Shown: in pieces, positions 13,937 to 26,289 of the stretch | How positions within the stretch are numbered: position 1 is the first letter of the stretch | Layout: each line of letters starts with the position of its first letter | DNA from: the human T2T-CHM13v2.0 reference genome, Homo sapiens | Length of the DNA: 64,000 nt | NCBI RefSeq assembly: GCF_009914755.1 | Contig: NC_060935.1 | Strand: one strand, 5' to 3' | Translations under genes and position numbers: made by a program | The notes under the pieces: generated by a model | Databases searched by the model: none | What the model saw: the letters and a program-made list of their open reading frames with translations, nothing else | Told to the model about the DNA's origin: nothing

Positions 13937-15567
13937 ATGAGGATCATATTGAATTTTCAATGTTACTTCTGTTGTCCCTTTTGTCTCATTTAGCTATCGA
14001 GTTTTCTTAATCTCCTAAAATTAGGAGGGAAGAAGTTTCTATTTTCTGAATTTCTTGTTAATCACAAAGACTTTAAGAGTAGTAGACACATTACTTATTC
14101 AATTCATTAAAGGATCATTGACCCAGTTTTTTATTCATTATATTGTATTAATAACTATAGTGTTTTATGTTTTTATGGAAATTGTAAAACTCAATTAAGT
14201 TTTAAAACATGTGGTTTTATCATTTAAAGTCTCTTTTAGATATAATTATTTTTCCTTAAAAGTTTGGCATTATTATTGCCTTTTCTTATGTTCTTTTTAG
14301 TTTGTTTTTGCTAGAAATTACTAATATTACCTTTTATGGACTTTTATTTTGTAGCTTACATTTTCTTTTGTATTTCTGTATTTGATCTATTTTATTAATT
14401 TATTCAATATATCAAGACTCATGCCTCTGTTTTTCTCTTCTTCACTTTATTTGTCCAGAGACATCTCCTGTCTACCTTTTTACTTTTGAAAAATTTACTC
14501 ATAGCAGGGTTTGCAAATTTAATAGAGAAAAAGAGAGGAGAGATAGAAGAAGTAGCTCATATGTATATATTATATATATAATTTTGACTTCTTTTGTTAA
14601 AAATGGGTCCTGCCGTTAAAATATTCTGTTCAAAGACACCTAGCCACTCCCTTGTATGGAAATCCATAGGATCCCTGCCATAGCAAATGCACCTTTCATC
14701 CATCATTGCATCTTGGGCCTTCCCTGCCCTCCACCAAACCAGCACAGCCTTGCAGCCCACAACTCCCACACCAACCAGCCTCTTTCTTCCAAAAACCACT
14801 GCCTTCCATGGCAGACACAGGCCTCCTCCTTTCAGAGGCAGGCTGGACTTCCAGAAAACTGACTTTTTCACCCTATCCTCATCCTTCTCTGTCTTTAAAT
14901 TGTCCATCTTCCCTAAAGCCAGTCCTATGAGATTAGACAATGTCTAATGAGGTTTCTTCAAGGACAGCAAAGCAACAACAACACACCCATATATGTTCTT
15001 AAGGGGATAAGCCCCTTGAGAAGAGCTCAGTCTATTACTTTTACCAAAACATACCTTTTACCAAAACATAAATGCCTGGGGAAATAAGGGCAAATTGACT
15101 CCATTGCTGCTTCTTTTCAAGCCTCACAGGCATCTCGGGGCTGATGGCTAGCCTACCTGTTAACCTAATGCTTATTTATTTCCAGTCCAATCATAACTTA
15201 GTTTTGTTTCAAATGTTTGAAGATATCATAATTTTATTATTTCTATAATACTAAAATAATTTATTTAAATGTATCTTCTCTGTTATAAATGAGTTACATA
15301 AAGGTGACTTTTTCCTGAAGGATGTCTTTTTTTATTAATACATATTTTTATTAATAATTTAAAATTTAATTGTCACAGGGTCACAGAACTCTGTATTATA
15401 TTGATTTTTTGAAGTGTACTAAATTGCCTTGCATGCCTAGTGCATGGAATATTAGCTAAAATATTCTAGATGTCTTTGAAGAATGTTTTATATTTATTTT
15501 TTGATTTAGATATTTACCTGTCAACTAAGGAGCTAATTTTCCATTCACATTTTCACAACTACTCTAA

Positions 15568-15732
15568 TTTTTAAAAATTTTATCCAGCTTTATTGGGGTA
15601 GAGTTGACAAATAAAATTGTATGTATTTAAGATATACAAGGAAATGATTTGAGATATATATATGTATACCTGTATATGATTACTACAATTAACTTAGTTA
15701 ATACATCTATCACTTTACATAGTTACTGTTTC
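15568..15732 (-). mobile_element. Old L1MA 3' terminal fragment
   Basis: cagctttattggggtagagttgacaaataaaattgtatgtatttaag...gttaatacatctatcac resembles an antisense L1MA 3' end. Confidence 0.65.
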
Positions 15733-15872
15733 TAGTTTTTTGACTAATACATTTATCTTTTTTGATTGTGATATATCAAAATTCCCAGTATAATTGTGAA
15801 TTTGTTATTTTTCCTTTACTTATTTGATTATTTACCACTATTTATTGTCAAACTATATCAAAACCTAAGTCC

Positions 15873-16320
15873 TGTATTAGTCAGGGTTCTCTAGAGGGAC
15901 AGAACTAATGGGATAGATGTATATATAAAGGGCAGTTTATTAAGGAGTACTGACTCAACGATCACAAGGTGAGGTACCATAATAGGCCCTCTGCAAGCTG
16001 AGGAGCAAGGAAGCCAGTCTGAGTCCCACAGCTGAAGAACCTGGAGTCTGATGTTTGAAGGCAGGGAGCATCCGGTATGGGACAAAGATGTAAACTAGGA
16101 GGCTAAGCCAGTCTAGTCTTTCCACGTTCTTCTGCCCAGTTTTATTATGGCTGCGCTGGTAGCTGACTAGGTTGTGCCCACCCAGACTGAAGATGGGTCT
16201 GCCTTTCTCAGTCCGCTGACTCAAATGTTAATCTCCTTTGGCAACACCCTCACAGACACACCCAGGAACAATACTTTGCAAACTTCAATCCAATCAAGTT
16301 GATGCTAAATATTAACCATA
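15873..16320 (-). mobile_element. MLT2A (MLT2A1-like, HERV-L) solo LTR
   Basis: tgtattagtcagggttctctagagggacagaactaat...caatccaatcaagttga..tattaaccat. Exact 5-bp TSD agtcc at 15868-15872 and 16321-16325. Confidence 0.92.
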
Positions 16321-17701
16321 AGTCCGTTATCTCTATTTTATTTATTTATATTTTTGGTTGATCCCTTTTGTATAATTTGTTGCATCTTAATAATTTTTTA
16401 TTTTATTTGACATTAGTATTACAAAATTAGATACCATATGTTTTATTTTAACTGGTAGTACCTTGATATATCTTTTGATACTTCTTTAATTTGAAACTTT
16501 CTCTCTTTCTTCTTTCTCTCTTTATGCTTGTGTTTAAATATGTCCATTATAGACTGAATAACGCTGGCTTTTAAATATATACTCCTAATTCTCTTTTTCA
16601 TAAATTCATTTAATGATATCTTGTTAACTCATACACCTTAACTTTTTAAAAAACTCTCTATTTGCATTATCTTTTCTTTATCTGGTAGGCAGGCATAGAT
16701 GTTAATTCTTTTTCTTGTGATTTCCTCTAAATTTGAAGATATAAACTGATCTAAAATCTTTGCTAAAAAATGTAAAGTCAGTATTTAACCACACTACCAA
16801 ATATGTGAGGTTTTCACGTTTTAATGACACATTTAATAACATATCCTCTTCTACTATTATTACTGTGAAATAAAGTTTCACTTTTCATTTTTTTCCTTTA
16901 AAATAGTCACTATTACTTTTTATGCAGCCAACAGTTGTCTACTAGCATATTATCAACATCTGTTTTCACCATTTTCCCCTAAAACCTATTTCTGGATTTC
17001 TTTTTTCTGTTGTCAATCTGAATTCTTCAGTAACTCCTTTTTAGTGAAGAACTGTGTGTGCTAAATTCCACTGCTCTTAGTAAGTAGGAAAACATCTTCA
17101 TTTCCTTTTCACTCCTGTTGGACATCTTATAGAATTCTAAGTTGAGTTTGATCCTTAGAATCATGGACATTTCCCTGTGCTTATTTCTATTGTGTTTGTA
17201 TGTTCACTTCCCTGTCCTCTTTTATAACTTTTTCTACGCAAATCATCAATTTGCATGTCAAGAGAAAGGAGTAGAGAACACGGATTGCTTCATATTTGGG
17301 TGCTTTCAGGATGATGTGACAGAAGGGCAAGGTAAGTAGTGAGCTGAAGATTCTCCTGGCAAAAATTCAGATGACCAGGGACAAAAAAAAAAAAAAGAAA
17401 ATGAGTGATTTTACTAATTAATTTATTTTACTTATCACACCTTTTGGTGGACCCCACATTAAGAAAATTCAATGCATAGGAAATCCAAACCTTCCCAATC
17501 ACTTGGAAACTTCCATTCTCATCCTCAATCCTGGCTTAAACTTGTATCCCATGAAGACACCTCACTGTAGGGATGCAATGACTGTTCTATCTAGGTTGTC
17601 TTCACTCCTTACTACACCAGTCTAAATTTCAAACATAGCCCATTTTATGTCCTCAAAGAATCCAGCTGCCGGGTACCCTATTGTGAAATAGATTTAACTG
17701 G

Positions 17702-18139
17702 TGATATACTTTGGATGTGTGTCCCCACCCAAATCTCATCTTGAAATGGAATCCCCATTGTTGAAGGTGGGACCTGGTAGGATGTTATTGTACCATGTGA
17801 TTGAACCATGGGAGTGGACTTCTCATCAGTGATTTATCACCATCCCCCTGGGTGCTGTCCTCATGATAGTGAGTAAGTTCTTGGGATATCTGATTGTGTA
17901 AAAATGTGTGGCACCTCCTGCCTCCCTCTTGCTCATGCTTTTGCTTTCTGAGTTGCCTGCTCTTGTTTTGCCTCCTGCCATGATTTTAAGTTTCCTGAGA
18001 CCTGTCCAGAAGCCAGGCAGATACCAGCATCAGCCTTCCTGTACACCTTACAGAACCTTGACCCAATTAAACCTTTTTTCTTTACAAAATACCCAGTCTC
18101 AGGTATTTATTTATAGCAATAGGAGAATGGTCAAATACA
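17702..18139 (+). mobile_element. MSTA-type MaLR solo LTR
   Basis: tgatatactttgg..tgtccccacccaaatctcat...acccagtctcaggtatt..aataca. Exact 5-bp TSD actgg on both sides. Confidence 0.92.
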
Positions 18140-18500
18140 ACTGGATTTGGAGAAGTAGAGACTTCTCCATCTTAACAACAGAAATTTAATTTTAAATATT
18201 AGATATATATATCTCTGTTTTTAACACAAATGAACATATAATACTATAAAAAATAAGAAACTTTTAAACCATTTCTTCAACTAAGGTCAATATCTCCAAT
18301 ATCTAGAGAGCTGGTATTTATTCAGTCATTCTTTCTCACTCTGCTCTTCTCTCTACCAGTCTCTCAGGTTTTCTCTCCTCTCCATTACTTTTTTTGGAAA
18401 TTGAATGATCTTCAGACCCTACTGTAAAATAATTAAATCTCTCCCTTTGGTTAACCAAGAATGCAACCAAAGCTTTGCTATAAAAATTGTGAGATACCAC

Positions 18501-20835
18501 TAATAGGGTTAGGTTTTTTGTGTTCCCAGATCTTATCTTGAATTATAATCCCCATAATCCTCATAATCCAATGTGTCAAGGGAGAGGCCAGGTAGAGATA
18601 ATTGGTTTGTGGGGGTGGTTTCCTTCATGCTGTTTTTATGATAGTGAAAGAGATCTCACAAGATATGTTTTTATAAAGGGCTCTTCCTCCTTCCCTGGGC
18701 ACCTCTCTTTCCTTCTGCCTTGTGAAGAAGGTGCCTTGCTTCCCCTTCACCTTCTGCCAAGACTGTAAGTTTCCTGAGCCCTTCCCAATAATGGTGAAAC
18801 CTCATTTTTTATAAATTACCCAGTCTTGAGTATTTCCTTGTAGTAAAGAGAGAACAGACTAGAAGTGAGGCATTGCTATAAGATACTAAAAATGTGGAAG
18901 CAACTTGGAATTGGGTAACAGGCAGAGGTTGGGACAGTTTAGAGAGCTCAGAAAAGGACAGGAAGATATGGGAAAGTATGGAACTTCCCAGAGACTTGTT
19001 GAACTGCTTTGACCAAAATTCTGATAGTGATATGGACAATGAAGTCCAGGTTGACGTGGTCTCAGATGGAGATGAGGAACTGGTTGGTAACTGGAATAAA
19101 TAAAGGTGACTCTTGCTATGCTTTAGCAAAGAGACTTATGGCATTTTGCCCCTGCCCTAGAGATCTGTGGAACTATGAACTTGAGAGGGATGATTGAGGG
19201 TATCCGGCAGAAGAAATTTGTAAGCAGCAAAGGATTCAAGAGATGACTTGGGTGCTCTTAAAAGCATGCAGTTTTATGCATTCACAAAGAGGTGGTTTAG
19301 AAATGGAACTAATATTTAAAGTGGAAGGAGAGCATAAAAGATTGGAAAATTTGCAGCCTGAGGATGTTATAGAAAAGAAAAACCCATTTCCTGAGGAGAA
19401 ATTTGAGCCAGCTGCAGAAATATGCATAAGTAACAAGCAGCCAAATGTTAAATCATGAAGACAATGGGAAAAATATCTCCAGGGCATGTGAGAGACCTTT
19501 CTGGTAGCCTCCCCCATCACAGGCCAAGAGGCCTAAGAGAAAAAAAGTGGTTTTGTGGGCCGGGTCCAGGGCCTTGCTGCTTTGTGCAGTCTCAGCATTT
19601 GGTGCCGTGCATCCCAGTCATTGGTAAAAGGGGCCAACGTACATCCTAGGCAATTGCTTTAGAAGGTAAAAGCCTCAAACCTTGGTGGCTTACACATGGT
19701 GTTGAACCTGGAGGGGCACAGAAGTCAAGAATTGAGGTTTGGGAACCTCTGCCTAGATTTCAGAGAATGTATGAGAATGCCTGGATGTTTAGGCAGAAGT
19801 TGGCTGCAGGAGCAGAACCCTCATGGAGAACCTCTGCTAGGGCAGCACAGAAGGGAAATGTGACATTGGAACTGCTATACAGAGTACCCACTGGGGCAAT
19901 GCATAGTGGAGCTGTGAGAAGAGGGCCATCATCCTCCAGACCCCAGAATGTTAGACCCACTGACACCTTGCACCATGCACTTCAAAATGCCATAGACACT
20001 CAATGCCAGTCCATGAAAGCAGCCAGAAACAGGGCTGTACCCAGCAAAGCCACAGAAACAGAACTGCCTGAGCCCATGGGAGCCCACCTCTTGAATCAAC
20101 ATGATAAGCATGTGAAACATGGAGTCAAGGAAGTTCATTTTGGAGCTTTAAGATTTGACTGCCTCACTGGATTCTGAAATTGCATGGGGCCTGTAGCCCC
20201 TTCATTTTGGCAAATTTCTCCCATTTGGACTGGGTGTCTTTACCCAATGCCTGTACCTCCATTGTATCTGGGAAGTAACTTACTTGCTTTTGATTTTACA
20301 GACTAATAGAAGGGACTTGGCTTGTCTCAGATGAGACTTTGGACTTGGACTTTTGGGTTAATGCTGGAATGAATTAAGACTTTAGGGGACTATTGAGAAG
20401 GCATGATTGGTTTTAAAATGTGAAAGGAACATGAGGCTTAGGAGGGGACAGGGGCAGAATTATATTGTTAGGCTTTGTGTCCCCACCCAAATCTCATCTT
20501 GAACTATAATCCCCATAATACCCATGAGTCAAAGGAGAGACGAGGTGGAAGTAATTAGATCATGGGGGCAGTTTCCCCTATGCTGTTCTCATAATAGTGA
20601 GTGAGCTCTCACAGGATCTGGTGGTTTTATTAGGGGCTCTTCCTTCTTTTCTCATCACTTCTTCCTGCTGCTTTTTGAAGAAGGTGTCTTGCTTCCCCTT
20701 CAACTTCTGCCATGATTGTAAGTGATCTGAGGCTTCCCCAGCAATACTGAACTATGAGTCAATGAAACCTCTTTCCTTTATAAATTACCCAGTCTCAGTA
20801 GTATCCTTGCTGCAATGTCAGAATGAACTAATACA
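18501..20835 (+). mobile_element. THE1 (THE1D-like) element: LTR-internal-LTR
   Basis: LTRs at ~18501-18860 and ~20460-20835. The internal region has MaLR ORF relics (MEATWNWVTGRGWDSLE; AAGAEPSWRTSARA). Confidence 0.93.
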
Positions 20836-20881
20836 TATTACCCCATATTGTTCCATTGAGTTTCCTTTTTGTCTATTCTTT

Positions 20882-21747
20882 TGTGAACACAGAACATCTG
20901 AGACAGGTCTCAGTTAATTTAGAAAGTTTATTTTGCCAAGGTTGAGAATGTGCCTGTGACGCAGCCTCAGGAAGTCCTCATGAAACATGCCCAAGGTGGT
21001 TGGGACACAGCTTGGTCATACACATTTTTGGGAGTTGTCAGGCTGCTGAGCCCAAGCTAAGCCATCATATCCCCTGTGACCTGCATGTACACATCCAGAT
21101 GGCCGGTTCCTGCCTTAACTGATGACATTCCACCACAAAAGAAATGAAAATGGCCTGTTCCTGCCTTAACTGATAAGATTATCTTGTGAAATTCCTTCTC
21201 CTGGCTCATCCTGACTCAAAAGCTCCCCTACTGAGCACCTTGTGACCCCCACTCCTGCCCACCAGAGAACAATCCCCCTTTGACTGTAATTTTGCTTTAC
21301 CTACCCAAATCTTATAAAACGGCCCTAACCCTATCTCCCTTCACTGTATCTCTTTTTGGACTCAGCCCGCCTGCACCCAGGTGAAATAAACAGCCTTGTT
21401 GCTCACACAAAGCCTGTTTGGTGGTCTCTTCATAGGGACATGAGTGAAAGGAGTCATGAGGCTTCAACCAATATATGTAAGAAGTACATTAGTTTCATCC
21501 AGAAAGACAGAGACATCTCAAAGCATCCGCCACCAACCTCCTTCCCCACAATGAGGGGCTTCCAGGTCACAGTACGTGAGAGACAAATGGTTGCATTCTT
21601 TTGAGTTTCTGATAAGCCTTCCCAAAGGAGGCAATCAGAATATGGATCTATTTCTGTGAGCAGAGGGATGACTTTGAATAGAATTTGAGGCATATTTGCC
21701 CTGAGCACTTCCCAGCCTGAAGAGGCCCAAGATATTTTCCTTTCACA
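20882..21747 (-). mobile_element. MER4A-type ERV1 LTR interrupted by LTR7
   Basis: agacaggtctcagttaatttagaaagtttattttgccaaggttgag... resumes after the LTR7 and ends cccaagatattttcctttcaca. Confidence 0.85.
21036..21449 (+). mobile_element. Solo LTR7 (HERV-H LTR), 414 bp
   Basis: tgtcagg..tgagcccaagctaagccatcatatccc...ggtctcttca..tgaaa, with TATA ~21313 and AATAAA ~21385. Exact 5-bp TSD ggagt at 21031-21035 and 21450-21454. Confidence 0.96.
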
Positions 21748-23209
21748 CTCACTATTCGCTAGGGCAGAGAACAGTATTAATAAAAATTTAATTAACACTC
21801 TATATCTGATTTTAAAAATAAACTACCAGAGACACTAGAATGTCATGAAGTCAATATATTTTATAGTCAGAGTACTGATTGTTTCATAAGTACAAGAAAA
21901 GCATCTCTGAAATGCAACTAAAATCAAGGAATCAATCTGCACAAATAATGAATTTCAATTAATTTATGGACAGAAAAATAAGACACATATTTACCATGTC
22001 CACTAACACAATAATATACTCTACATAATTGATCCTAGAAAAATTTAACTTTGTAGTGCATCTGTAATGAGGTCATAATGATATCAGCTGTCTTACAGGT
22101 TTGCTTTAGATAGCTGAAGGAATTCAGATTGTATCATTTAATGACTCTGACTTTATAAATGATTAAAACTTTTTCAAATCTCATATCTTTATGTGAAATG
22201 GAAACCTTAATATCTTATGTCTGAGATTACTGTAGAAATGCAGGAAAAATATATTGTGAGGCTGTTCCTATAAAGTATTAAATTAATGCTCGCTCTTAAA
22301 GTATTTTCCTTTTTTAAAAGAGCAGCTCCTAAAATGTAATTTATAAGTATGAAAACAAAAAATTAAAACACAACTAGAACTTGCAATTTCAAGAAAGTAG
22401 TTACAAAAGATTATAATATGTTTTCCCTAAGCCAGTCTTTGATTTCAGATTTTCTTTCCTAAATTTCTTACTGTTTTCATTCAACTGCTTTTGGCTCTCA
22501 ACTAACACGTTTAAAATGATGTAAAGCAATCTGACATGGAAATTACTAGAAAGCGAAAGGAATTAAGCACACATAAGACCAGGAACAATCTATATTCCTT
22601 TGGGAGAAGCGATTGCATAACTACAGATGAAAATTGTAAGAAGTCTTATTTACCAAGGCATTTTCCCTGTTCTTTCAATATTGGATATAAAATCGACATA
22701 AAGAGAGCTGCCAGGCCCTATACATTTCAAATGACCCAATCAATCTCATTTTCTGTCTTCTTGCTCAAACATAATGCATTTTCTACTGTTCTTATTTTTA
22801 CTAATAAGAGAAAAGATATGCAAATTAATGCCTGTTATACAAAATAATAAACCTATTCAGGCCAGACATGAGCTGGATAAAAAAATAATTCAAAGAAGTT
22901 TCAGAAGATTTAAAGGTCTTCATCTATAAAGTGGTGTAGAGATAACATCAGCTGGTTTATTTTGGAGGGAGAATTAAATGAAATACATGCTTATATCATA
23001 AGGAATTAATTCAAGTAATGTTGCATAGAGTGCTTCTCATTTTAAGTTGTTATTTTATAGTCCATGGTTAGAGGACTCTAGGCAAGCATGAAGTTCAGTT
23101 CTTCCTGAGATAGTCATATACTGGTCTTATGTATTAGTTTCTCAGAAATGTAAAGGGAATGGCTCACATTATCTATCTCTCCAGCTGATGAGAATGACAG
23201 AGACAGAAA

Positions 23210-23410
23210 ACCTAGTGATTAGGAGCTCAGGCTTTAGAGCCAAACTTCCTGAGTTCAATCTATGTGATGCTGGGCAAGACATTTACTATATATTGAAATA
23301 GGAAAAACAATGTCTCCTTATTTTGCAGGTTTTTGTAAAGATTCAACAAGATATACATATAAATAACTTCAAAAATATGCGGCACATAATAAGTGCTTAA
23401 TAAATGTTAG
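23210..23410 (+). mobile_element. MIR SINE
   Basis: gtgattaggagctcaggctttagagcca..tgtgatgctgggcaag...ggcacataataagtgcttaataaatgttag. Confidence 0.75.
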
Positions 23411-23516
23411 ATGTGTACATTTCCAGGCTATGATAGTTTGGTACTTTAATACCTCTCGTTTATAGCTTGCATCTAGCTATGACAGACCAGCAGGAGATTT
23501 CATGGACATAATGATT

Positions 23517-24093
23517 GTGATGGAAACAGGAGACAGACAGATACCTGAGTAGGTAGGGTGGTGTCCCTGGTGAAGCCTCACTTTTTGGCCTCGAGTAGCC
23601 TGGGGGCTGAGGGACTGGACTGCTGGTACCAGATGGGGCCTGTGACCCAGGGCGAAAGCTTCTGACTCTGTTTGCTAGTCTTTTCCCAACTGATTCTTTC
23701 TGTATAATGTCTTTTAACCAAACTAATATTGCCTTTTCCAATACTACTTATGGCCAGACATGAGCTGGATAAAAAAATAATTCATAGAATTTTCAGAAGA
23801 AAATTCTTTGCCTGGGCATGCCTGCCTGTGCTCTGTGGGAATGGGGAGAAGTGACAGGAATTCGTACCTCATGCAGGGGAGGAGCCTGGCCTCTTCAGCT
23901 CATGGGTGGTAGCCCTGGTATTCAATTGTGAGGGGGAAACCTGCTTGGAGAACTCCTCTCTTTGCTGAGAGCTTTCCTTTCACTTAATAAATTCTGCCAT
24001 CCTCACTTTTCAATGTGTCTCCATGCCTAATTTTCCTGGTCATGAGACAAGAACCCAGATTTAGCTGAACTAAGAAGCAAAAATCCTGCATTA
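23517..24093 (+). mobile_element. ERV1 solo LTR of the MER83/MER84/LTR29 group
   Basis: Starts tgatggaaacaggagacag, contains ggggaggagcctggcctc and aataaattctgcc, ends gctgaactaagaagcaaaaatcctgcatta. The exact family is uncertain. Confidence 0.7.
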
Positions 24094-25023
24094 ATTATGT
24101 CTTTTTGAACATGACAAGGGCCCTGAACTTCCTGTAGGAACTGACAGGAACTTCCTCCATTCAACACCTGGTTGCCATTTATATAGCTCTCTTTACACAA
24201 TTAAGTGTCATAAACTTTACAAACAAAAGGAACCTGTATTTTGTAATCATTGCTATTTTTCCATTAATCACAATCAAACTGGTAGTTATAATGTAGGGAA
24301 TATTAGTCTTCTATTGGGGATTGAATGCATTAAAACATGAATATAGGATTGATGGTATAAAATTATCCAAATCATTCCTGTTTTCTATAAGGTTTTTAGT
24401 AGTAGAAACATCTATTTTGACCCTTAATGTATTAAAAAAGACATTTAATCTGACCATGTTGTGTTTCTCCATAAAACCCTGTGGCTCTTCATTGCCCTAG
24501 GGTTAAGAACCCTAGGGCATTTTTAACATGTGTATCTGCCTAGCTCCTGCCTTATTGTGTACCAGCGTTTTCTACCTATATGCACATCACCCTTTTTTAG
24601 GTTTCCCAATGTGCCGTGAATTCATGTAACATCAATTAGTAAAATATTCCATAGGATATACAAGCATCACCTTACAGTGAGTTATAAACTCAAATTAATA
24701 ATAAATGGGAACTCATCAGATCGCATAAAAGACACAACTGGGTTAGGATTCAAATGATGTCACCTGGACTCTTGAACTTTTTCTCTAGGCTGTTTTTGCT
24801 CTGGTGTGGTTTCACCCTCCAGGAGGCTCAGGCAAAGGTATGCAAGAACGACCATGGTGTTACATCTTCCTCATAGCTAGGGATCCCAAATCTTCTCTTT
24901 CTCTCCTATTATCCAGTGTGTTAAAAGACCTGAGTAGCTCTGTATGAGAATGCATGCTCTTCCAGAAACAATCTAAGGGAAATGCCTCAGGAAATGCTAT
25001 CCCTGTATTGCCAAAGGTCATAT

Positions 25024-25372
25024 TGGCAGGCCTCTGAGCCTAAGCTAAGCCATCATATCCCCTGTGACCTGCACTTACACATCTAGATGGCCGATTCCTG
25101 CCTTAACTGATGACATTATCTTGTGAAATTCCTTCTCCTGGCTCATAAGCTCCCCTACTGGGCACCTTGTGACCCCCACTCCTGCCAGCCAGAGAACCCC
25201 CGCTTTGACTGTAATTTTCCTTTACCTACCCAAATCCTATAAAATGGCCCCACCCCTATCTCCCTTTGCTGACTCTTTTCAGACTCAACCCACCTGCACC
25301 CAGGTGAAATAAACAGCCTTGTTGCTCACACAAAGCCTGTTTGGTGGTCTCTTCACACAGACACCAATGAAA
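25024..25372 (+). promoter_or_regulatory. HERV-H 5' LTR7 (349 bp, internally deleted)
   Basis: Homologous to the 3' LTR but 64 bp shorter. TATAAAA ~25238, AATAAA ~25308. Confidence 0.95.
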
Positions 25373-25374
25373 TT

Positions 25375-25392
25375 TGGTGCCGTGACTCGGAT
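25375..25392 (+). promoter_or_regulatory. Primer-binding site, tRNA-His
   Basis: TGGTGCCGTGACTCGGAT, an 18-nt complement of the tRNA-His 3' end, 2 nt after the 5' LTR. Confidence 0.95.
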
Positions 25393-25515
25393 CAGGGGAC
25401 CTCCCTTGGGAGATCAATCCCCTGTCCTCCTGCTCTTTGATCTGTGAAAAAGATCCACCTACGACCTTGGGTCCTCAGACCGACCAGCCCAAGGAACATC
25501 TCACCAATTTTAAAT

Positions 25516-25524
25516 CAGGTAAGC
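25516..25524 (+). promoter_or_regulatory. HERV-H major splice donor candidate
   Basis: CAG|GTAAGC ~146 nt downstream of the 5' LTR, where HERV-H chimeric RNAs usually splice out. Confidence 0.7.
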
Positions 25525-25979
25525 AGCCTCTTCTTACTCTCTTCTCCAACCTCTCTCACTATCCCTCAACCATTTTCTCCTTTCAATCTTGGCACCACCT
25601 TTCAATATCTCCCCTCTCTTAATTTCAATTCCTTTCATTTTCTGGTAGAGACAAAGGAGACACGTTTTATCTGTGGACCCAAAACTCCGGCGCCGGTCAC
25701 GGACTCAGGAAGCCAGCCTTCCCTTGGTGTTTAATCACTGCAGGGACACCTCTCTGATTATTCACCCATGTTTCAGAGGTGTCTGACCACGTGGGGACAC
25801 CTGCCTTGGTCCTTCACCCTTAGCGGCAAGTCCTGCTTTTCTGGAGAGCAAGAACCCCCCAACTCCTTCTCTCCATGTCTCTACCCCTTCTCCGCCTTTC
25901 TGGGAGGCAAGAACCCCCCAACCCCTTCTCCTTCACCCTTAGCAGCAAGTACTGCTTTTCTAGGGGGCAAGAACCCCCC

Positions 25980-26180
25980 GATCCCTAATTTCCATGTCCC
26001 GACCTCTTATCTCTGTGCCCCGATCCCTTATTTCCATGCCCCGACCTCTTATCTCTGTGCCCCATCCCTTATTTCCGTGTCCCGACCTCATATCTCTGTG
26101 CCCTAACCCCTTATTTCCGTGCCCTGACCTCTTATCTCTGCCCCAACCCCTTATTTCCATGCTCCAACCCCTTTCCCGCT
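25980..26180 (+). repeat. ~21-bp alternating tandem repeat in the HERV-H leader
   Basis: About nine units alternating ttatctctgtgccccgatccc and ttatttccatgccccgacctc. Confidence 0.85.
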
Positions 26181-26289
26181 TTTCTGGAAGGTAAGAACCC
26201 CCGAACCCCTTCCCTCCATGTCTCTACTCTCTCTTTTCTCTGGGCTTGCCTTCTTCACTATAGGCAACCCCTCACCCTCCATTCCCCCT

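Noticed and set aside
14557-14947. Four overlapping ORFs in a C-rich patch
   Set aside because: Locally higher GC lowers stop-codon frequency. There is no recognisable domain or splice structure.
17310-17337. Possible 22-nt micro-exon (ttcag|GATG...CAAG|gtaagt)
   Set aside because: The donor is strong but the polypyrimidine tract is weak. Such sites arise by chance and no partner exons are evident.
17249-22825. Octamer motifs (ATTTGCAT at 17249, ATGCAAAT at 22818) near the LTR7s
   Set aside because: No adjacent SOX half-site, and several such 8-mers are expected by chance in 64 kb of AT-rich DNA.
21036-25372. Solo LTR7 plus 5' LTR as the ends of a second provirus
   Set aside because: The solo LTR has its own matching TSD, no PBS follows it, and the intervening DNA is MER4, MIR and unique sequence.
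25375-25392. tRNA-His gene
   Set aside because: Only the 18-nt complement of the tRNA 3' end is present, so it is a primer-binding site.
25980-26180. CRISPR-like appearance of the periodic repeat
   Set aside because: Contiguous tandem units without unique spacers, inside a retroviral leader in primate DNA.
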